DNA of 63,741 nucleotides, filler included, from Intoshia linei (taxonomy: Eukaryota > Animalia > Orthonectida): the NCBI GenBank assembly GCA_001642005.1. It is 7 parts of 7 records of this genome, joined end to end, with 100 filler letters (N's around TTAATTAATTAA, not from the genome) between each part and the next. Parts side by side here need not be neighbours in the genome. Positions count along the whole stretch, not along the records: positions 44,902 to 57,957 come from LWCA01001037.1; positions 58,058 to 61,063 come from LWCA01002188.1; positions 61,164 to 62,310 come from LWCA01002767.1; positions 62,411 to 63,741 come from LWCA01002670.1; 3 more parts are not named here. One strand, 5' to 3'. Below, piece after piece: positions 56,895 to 63,741 of the stretch; position 1 is the stretch's first letter; each line of letters starts with the position of its first letter. Position numbers and translations under genes: made by a program. The notes under the pieces were generated by a model that saw nothing but the letters and a program-made list of their open reading frames with translations, searched no databases and was not told the DNA's origin.

Positions 56895-57660
56895 TTATTG
56901 AGAATTATTGCTCCTAACAGAAATTTGAGACAAGTTAAGTTTTGGAACATTGACATTTCCCGGTATTATAGTATTTCTAACATGTGCCGGAGAAAATATA
57001 TCACTACCGATAGGACTATTTTTCAGTTTTTGAATATTTAAATCGTGTTTTCCATGATAATTTGGAGATTTCGTTAGTTTAGAATGTGATTTGAAAGAAA
57101 CAGTACCGTTTTTATCACAATTATGTGTTACAACTGACTTTAGCGATGATTTTTTCATAAATTTGTAATTATTGGATATCCTTGAAGTCATGGGATATTT
57201 TCTCGGTTTATGTTCAAACCAATCCGATGATGATGACTTTACATTAGTATATTTAACTTTATTTTCTTGATTATTTGAAATGCTTACACCTTGAATGATC
57301 TTCAGAATGGAACCATCTCTACTTTTTTCCATGTTTGAAGTTGCATCTTGTCCAATAACTCTAGCATCGAATTTAACGGTTTTCGGTTTACCCAAGCTCA
57401 TTTCATGATACCAATTGCTTTTTGATCGACTATCCGCAAAAGTTTTTTTACTAGTTTTTTCAGGTTGATTCGAACAGTTACCATAATACCAAGCGCCACT
57501 ATCTCCATATCTATTTTGAATTAGTGTTTTTGTATCGCACCATGGTTGAATTCTTTTTGGCGTTACTTTAAAATAGTTTTTATTATCATCGTGATTATAC
57601 CAGAGTTGCTTATCTCCATAAATCTTGCTTTTACATTTTAGAGCTTCAGCACTTTTCAAT
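56895..57660 (-). CDS. Uncharacterised basic, low-complexity protein with repeated W(Y/F) motifs (main exon; start unresolved)
   Basis: 254-codon ORF directly after a CAG acceptor in an AT-rich background; motifs YGDKQLWYNH, YGDSGAWYY, SKSNWYHE, SSSDWFEH. Confidence 0.6.
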
Positions 57661-58057
57661 CTGAATGGACATGGATTAGTTTAAAATTATTACATCATTG
57701 CTACCCAACATTTACACAGACTTTTAAATGACATCAGCCCCTGTTAAATTGAAGCGTTAATTTGTTGTTCTAACTTAAAATTTAAGTGATTTTTGGGTTT
57801 GTTAATTGATTATAATTAGGGCAAGCAAAAGTTAATGAAATTAATTTTTGATATGTTAATTAGTTTCAAATTTCAAACATGGCGGTACCAAAATTATCCA
57901 TAATAATTGACTAATTAAAAAAATTTTAGGTTAATAAAGTTACAATTTTTCCTCATANNNNNNNNNNNNNNNNNNNNNNNNNNNNNNNNNNNNNNNNNNN
58001 NTTAATTAATTAANNNNNNNNNNNNNNNNNNNNNNNNNNNNNNNNNNNNNNNNNNNN

Positions 58058-58312
58058 TGTTTATGATTTTAAAATCCGCATCAGCGTGTATATTTTTTTA
58101 AATTCTCCAACTCGTTTGATTTTCAAAAAAAGGGACAACCGGGGCTTTTGATCCGTAAGATGTGAAATTGGGAGGTTGAAATTTATCTTATTATACGTCA
58201 CGGAAAAAACTGTAATTGAAATGTGGTCTTTAAAAAATTTTAAGAGTGCTAGTTATTTCAAAAAAGTAACACACACAAATAAAAATCGCGTCGCATTTTA
58301 TATAAATTAGGA
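58058..58312 (-). mobile_element. Helitron-like family A, 5' portion
   Basis: A|TCCTAAT 5' end at 58312; similar to 55720-55972. Confidence 0.65.
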
Positions 58313-58359
58313 TAGGGCTTTTTTGTAACACTACTATAAATCTAACATACTACATTTAG

Positions 58360-59647
58360 CTACGGTCAAGAACAAACATTGATGAAATTGTATGCAGATT
58401 CAGGCCCAAATTTTAGTGTTTATGGGATGAAGTATTTAGATGAATCTCGAAAATTACGTATGCTAATATCTATTTGTTTAAATCATTTTTTAGTGGTCAT
58501 GTTTTTAAATTTGATTGATCGATTAGAAAAATCTGGTTATAAGGACGGAAAAGACATGTTTTCTATTCATTATGATTTTCGATATATTCCTAGTAATATG
58601 AAAAATTATATAAAAACAATTTGGAATAATATAATGATAAATAACATAATTAATCGAAAAATTAAACTAAACTCAGATTAATAAGTTCAAGCGGATGTTC
58701 GTAGTACTTTTTACATTATTTATAACGGGTCAATTCTTAAAATTATAACATTACAATGTACATTGTATATGTCTAATGAGCATTGTTCATGTTTGTGTAA
58801 CTTTTTTCATAATGTTAGTTCAAATTTAATCACAAATTTAGTTCATAAAGTATTTTTTAGATAATTATATGGTAAAGCATTTACGAACGGTTTGTACACT
58901 AAATTTAAAGATAAATCAAAAAAAAATTACCATATTAACTCACTCATACGGATGTTATCAGATACTGGACGCATTAAGTAAATTATCTGAAAATTTTATT
59001 CAAAAGCACATTGAAAAAGTTATTTTGACAGCATGCCCATTGGGGGGAACAGAAAAGGCGGTTATAGCTTTTCTAACTGGACACAGATACATTCAATGGA
59101 ATGAACCGAGTTATCAAATTTTTTTTATCAAGCATACTTTGAAATATTATGAAACTACTTTTTTAATGTTTCCCAATAAACATTTTCCGAATTACAATGA
59201 TGTGATTTACATTAACAAAGGAAAAAATTATACAACTGCTGATATTGTAAAAACTCTAAATAACAAACAGTTCAGTTACTATTTGAAAGGCCAAAAAGTA
59301 ATTGAAAACATTTTTGTATTTCTAGAAAAATGTAAAAAATCACCCTTATTTTCACTTTATTGTGCTTATGGTGAATATCCTAATAGTATGAATATTAAAA
59401 GTTTCAACAAAGATACAAATTTTGTCGAGGCTACGGATGGAGATGCCACAGTTCCTATAAAAAGTATTATATATCAATGTAGTACGTCTTATTGCTGAAA
59501 TTATATTTAGGTCTTCAAATGTGTAGCCAATATACAAGTAGAAATAACAGCAAAGTGTTTTTATTGCAAAGTAAATTAAACCAACATCGTCTTATGATAC
59601 AATATCCCATGTATGTAGATTATGTTATGAATATACTTCTCAAATAA
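58360..59647 (+). CDS. LCAT / lysosomal phospholipase A2 (PLA2G15)-family acyltransferase; 5' exons in gap
   Basis: LIDRLEKSGYKDGKDMFSIHYDFR; nucleophile elbow ILTHSYGC; CPLGGT; DGDATVPIKSLQMC after a short intron; C-terminal His (NQHRLM); stop at 59647. Confidence 0.8.
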
Positions 59648-61213
59648 AAATATGTATTGAAGTTGTTTTATCTCTCTATTTTATATTCCAGAGTATATAG
59701 TATATATCAGTGATTCTCAAAGTTGGTGATCGCGCTAGGTGTAGTTGATTTTTTCTATAGATATTGTTTGATATAGATAGGTATTGTTTACAGTAAATTA
59801 TTAATTGTTTACTACATATTTTGTCATATTATTCGCGGGCATTTTTAAATTTTTATAAAATGGACCCACCTTTTCCAAAATTGAACATTAAAAAATTATA
59901 TTATAGAATATAATAACTATTTTGTGTGTTAAATTTAAAATTTCAAGTAAATATCATGAGAGGTGGCTAGGGGATATATACCACTAGGCATCGTTCATGA
60001 ACATTTGTATTAGGCTCCTATTTTTCATTTTCAATTGTCTCGAGCTGGTAAGATTCGGCTCTAAGTAAATTAGTAGCTCTTAGTGGTAAATGTTTTTTAA
60101 ATAACATAACGTGGACAATGGAGAAAAATGAGGATTGTATTTTCGTTTTCATTAGAATAATGACAAACCCAAAAAAAGTAGTATACACCACTACTACAGT
60201 GTTTATGCGTCAGCAGGATTGAACTAGGGTTTGAAATTTTAATAGTATAAAAATCGTACAATTTTATAAATGAAATATCGACGTTATTAATTTATACTGA
60301 TAATTTAAAAATATAATATATATTACATTTTAGTTTGTTAAAATATTTACACCAAAAAAAGGCGGAATGATCAATCCACCCGTTCTTTGTCGTTTAGTAT
60401 TTTCATGCTTTTCTAATAAAGTGGTGGCCATGGACGGATCAAATTTCGAAATAATTTGGCTATATGAATTTTTGAGTCATAAGTCATATTCGTAATACAT
60501 CCTTATATCATTCAATCTGTATATATTTATAAATCCAATACTCATAAACAATGGGTATAAAAATGCATATCAATACGGATAAATAAAATCTAATTTTTTA
60601 ATTAATTTCTATGTATTAAGAATACCTGCTCCCGGATACTACAACCATAATAATTTATTTTTAAATATTTGTTATTTTATGGTGGATATAATCAGGGGTA
60701 AATAAGTTGATAAAAACATTTTAAGCGTCCTTGCTATGATTAATATTAATATAATAGATAACATAAAAAAACGACATATTGGCTTATATCAAATTGATAA
60801 AATACAAAATATTATATCTACGCGTAACTATAGTATATTGAATTAACATTTATTAAAAATTTAAACTTTATATTAGTGTTTCCCTACCTTTTTTGTGACA
60901 TTTCCATTTTTAATATTTTTTTATATGATAAATGCATTACTATAGTTAACTTAACTAATATATTTTTATTAAAAATTTTCTCATTACTTATATCATTACA
61001 AAATGAAACCTCACATATTGGTAAACACTGCTTAATATTATATACATTTTAACATTAGCTCTANNNNNNNNNNNNNNNNNNNNNNNNNNNNNNNNNNNNN
61101 NNNNNNNTTAATTAATTAANNNNNNNNNNNNNNNNNNNNNNNNNNNNNNNNNNNNNNNNNNNNCTCGTAGTTCCTGACAAATAATTGTTCTTAAACTGTT
61201 TTCATTATCGCAA

Positions 61214-62169
61214 ATGACACTGTCAAATAATATTACAAAATTATTAGAAAACGATTTGAAGGATGGCATCGAAAAGGTAAATATCGCAAAAACCCGAAAT
61301 GTTTTCCTTAGAACAATTTATGACATTTCAAATCATGAAAGATCAATCGAAGCGAATTACAACCTTAAAAAAAGAAAGAGTTCAAAAAGCAATTAAGAAG
61401 TCTGCTGATAGGGTGCAAAAATCTGGAAGGGTTTTTACATCGACATCCGTTGCTGCCCGTATGCGATGTGCTCCTTCAAGAGCAACTATTTGCCGAGCCC
61501 TTAATGATAGCGGTTTGAAGTATTAACGTTCATTGCAAAAACTGACATTAACTGATGCACAAAAGAATGGTCGCCTAAATTTTGTACGCAACTTTTTTTT
61601 AATAGGGTTGATATCGTATTTTCGGATGAATGTAGATTTTCTTTAGATAGAAGTGATAATCTCATGTCGTGGAAACCATTAAAACTCCGAAAAAGAGCAT
61701 TTTCAGGTGAATCCATAAGGATTTGGTGTTGTTTAACATCTTGCGGGAAAGTTATAATTAGGAAATTGGATCATACTGTTAATAGCGATTCGTATATTAA
61801 AATTTTATTTGGAGATGTATTTACTGAACTAAGTAACATGGTTCCTGGCTTTGTCTATCAACAAGATAATGCTAGACCTCATGTGAGCAAAAAACAAGGG
61901 AAATGTTTGGTGCTGAATCAATAAAATTACTAGGATGGCCTTCTTATTCTCCTGATTTATCTCCAAAAGAAAAACTATGGCCAATTATGAAGAATCGGTT
62001 ATATGATGGTTCACAATTTAATTCGAAAATAGTTGTATGACAGAAAATATCTCATATTGTCCAGGAACTCATCTTAAAGGAAAAAGACCTGATTATAGAG
62101 CTACATAAATCATTTAATTCAAAAATGTACGAGGATATGATGAATAATGGAAATTTGATAGATGTGTAG
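61214..62169 (+). mobile_element. Tc1-family transposase pseudogene (frameshifts and stops)
   Basis: SRATICRAL, VFSDECRFSLD, YQQDNARPHVS, WPSYSPDLSP(K)E motifs spread over several frames. Confidence 0.85.
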
Positions 62170-63267
62170 AATATAATATATTTAATAGTTATTATTATTG
62201 CAACATATAATTTAATAGTTACAGCGTCTAAATTAATAAAAGTAGCATTTATTTTATTTACAGTTCGCGACAGCTATTGTGCTAGGTGAAAAATGTAACC
62301 TTTCCCAATTNNNNNNNNNNNNNNNNNNNNNNNNNNNNNNNNNNNNNNNNNNNNTTAATTAATTAANNNNNNNNNNNNNNNNNNNNNNNNNNNNNNNNNN
62401 NNNNNNNNNNAAAAGATTGATTCAACTTCCTAGCAAATACAAGGATTTCGTGATGGGGGAAGATTATGTGATATCGAACTAAAAAAAGGATTACTAAAGT
62501 AACGTAGAATAACGATAATAGAAATTAACATTTTTATACTTCTTAATTGTACACATCGAATAACACAGTACATTTTATATGGATATTTTTTATCCAGTTT
62601 TTTAAGTAAAATGATTAGTTAATTTGATTGTGTAATTAATGTAACAAAACTAAATATTAGATAATTTTATGTGTAATAAAATACATTAAAGTTCAGATCA
62701 AAAGTTTAAACTTTTAAATTCTACCCTAACATTAATTGGCGTATCCTTGAGCTTAAAACTATTTATGCTGTCTAAATATACATAATACCAATACATTTAA
62801 TGGGGTAGAAAGTTTAAATTCATATGTGAAAGGTTAAATATTTCCCTCCCTAATAGCTGTCGCCCACTGTTAATAAAAGTAATTTAATTAATTAATTTCT
62901 GACAAACCATCTACAATACTGAAACAATTAATTAACATATTAATTGACATAATTTGTTCTTATAAAAAAATATTCTCTGGTGTGAACACCATAGAATATT
63001 TCTAATTTTTTTGTAATTTGGTTTGTAGGTATAATATGGTATCTTAATAGTTCAGTTTTAACTTAGGTCTGTAGTGAATGATACTATTATATAAAATATT
63101 TCATAAAATTAACCTAATTATTAATCTCACAAGGATAATAATAAAGACAAGAGAGAGATATAAAAAAGATTAAAGGGATTGACATAATTACATTCAATTT
63201 GTTCTACTTCATTTCATTTTCATTAATTTTATAATTTAAATATTTATAACAGTTAAATTGATTTCAA

Positions 63268-63692
63268 ATGGAAGAACACACAGTCAATGAATATTTCTGA
63301 TTAATATCAAGAGGTTCATATTGCTTTGGAAACTGTAAAAACTAGAAAGAGAAAAAGAAATTGGGTTTAATTTGAAAGGGTTGAAAAAAATATTCATTCG
63401 TTAAACAAGAAGGAACCTGGAGCTATCATTATTCAAACCAAACTTTTTCTGGTACAAAAGATTATTATAGATGCAATGTGGCAAAAAAAAAGAGAATTAT
63501 GATGCTGGCCTTTATTTATTTTATGAAAATATTTTACGATGTAATTTTTTTGTTTAAAACAACAGAAGGTCATAGCCATGAAAATTTAGAAGTTATGTGA
63601 CAGTCCCACCAGCAGCAAAGCAAGGAAAAATTGGTATTAAAAGGTCAAGAGGACGACCAAAAAGAGTTACTAAAGCTCTTATGATAGATTAA
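63268..63692 (+). mobile_element. Mutator-like (MULE) transposase remnant with large internal deletion
   Basis: N-terminal WSYHY..YYRCN..AGLYLFY..GHSH (WRKY/FLYWCH-like) directly joined to a C-terminal VPPAAKQGKIGIKRSRGRPKRVTKALMID* tail. Confidence 0.55.
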
Positions 63693-63741
63693 TTACATGT
63701 AATTGTATTTTATAAAATAAATTTTCAAAAACTAGATTTTT

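Overview
Very AT-rich, intron-containing eukaryotic (metazoan) genomic scaffold with six artificial 100-nt gap spacers (N44-TTAATTAATTAA-N44). Many introns are only about 34-50 nt; the larger ones are filled with non-autonomous transposons. This compact architecture with a motile-cilia gene resembles a reduced parasitic spiralian such as an orthonectid (inference only). Genes reconstructed by hand-splicing: a sortilin/VPS10-like receptor, an ANKRD6/Diego-like ankyrin protein, a ~1784-aa type-I membrane protein with three IgGFc-binding N-terminal domains + Thr-rich stalk + EGF + TM, IP6K, CFAP61 (5' part lost in a gap), a TPI 5' fragment, TAF6, a stop-interrupted PLAT-domain locus with a triplicated last exon, CYHR1/ZFTRAF1, TAF12, PIG-P, AHCY, an orphan repeat protein and an LCAT/PLA2G15-type acyltransferase. 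TPI, TAF12, PIG-P and the PLAT locus are absent from the ORF track. Mobile DNA includes a multicopy Helitron-like family, many hAT MITEs with 8-bp TSDs (some nested), and Tc1, mariner and MULE remnants. All identifications come from recalled family motifs; no database search was run. The most novel-looking items are the multi-IgGFc-binding/EGF receptor, the PLAT locus and the Helitron-like family with an unusual 3' terminal hairpin.
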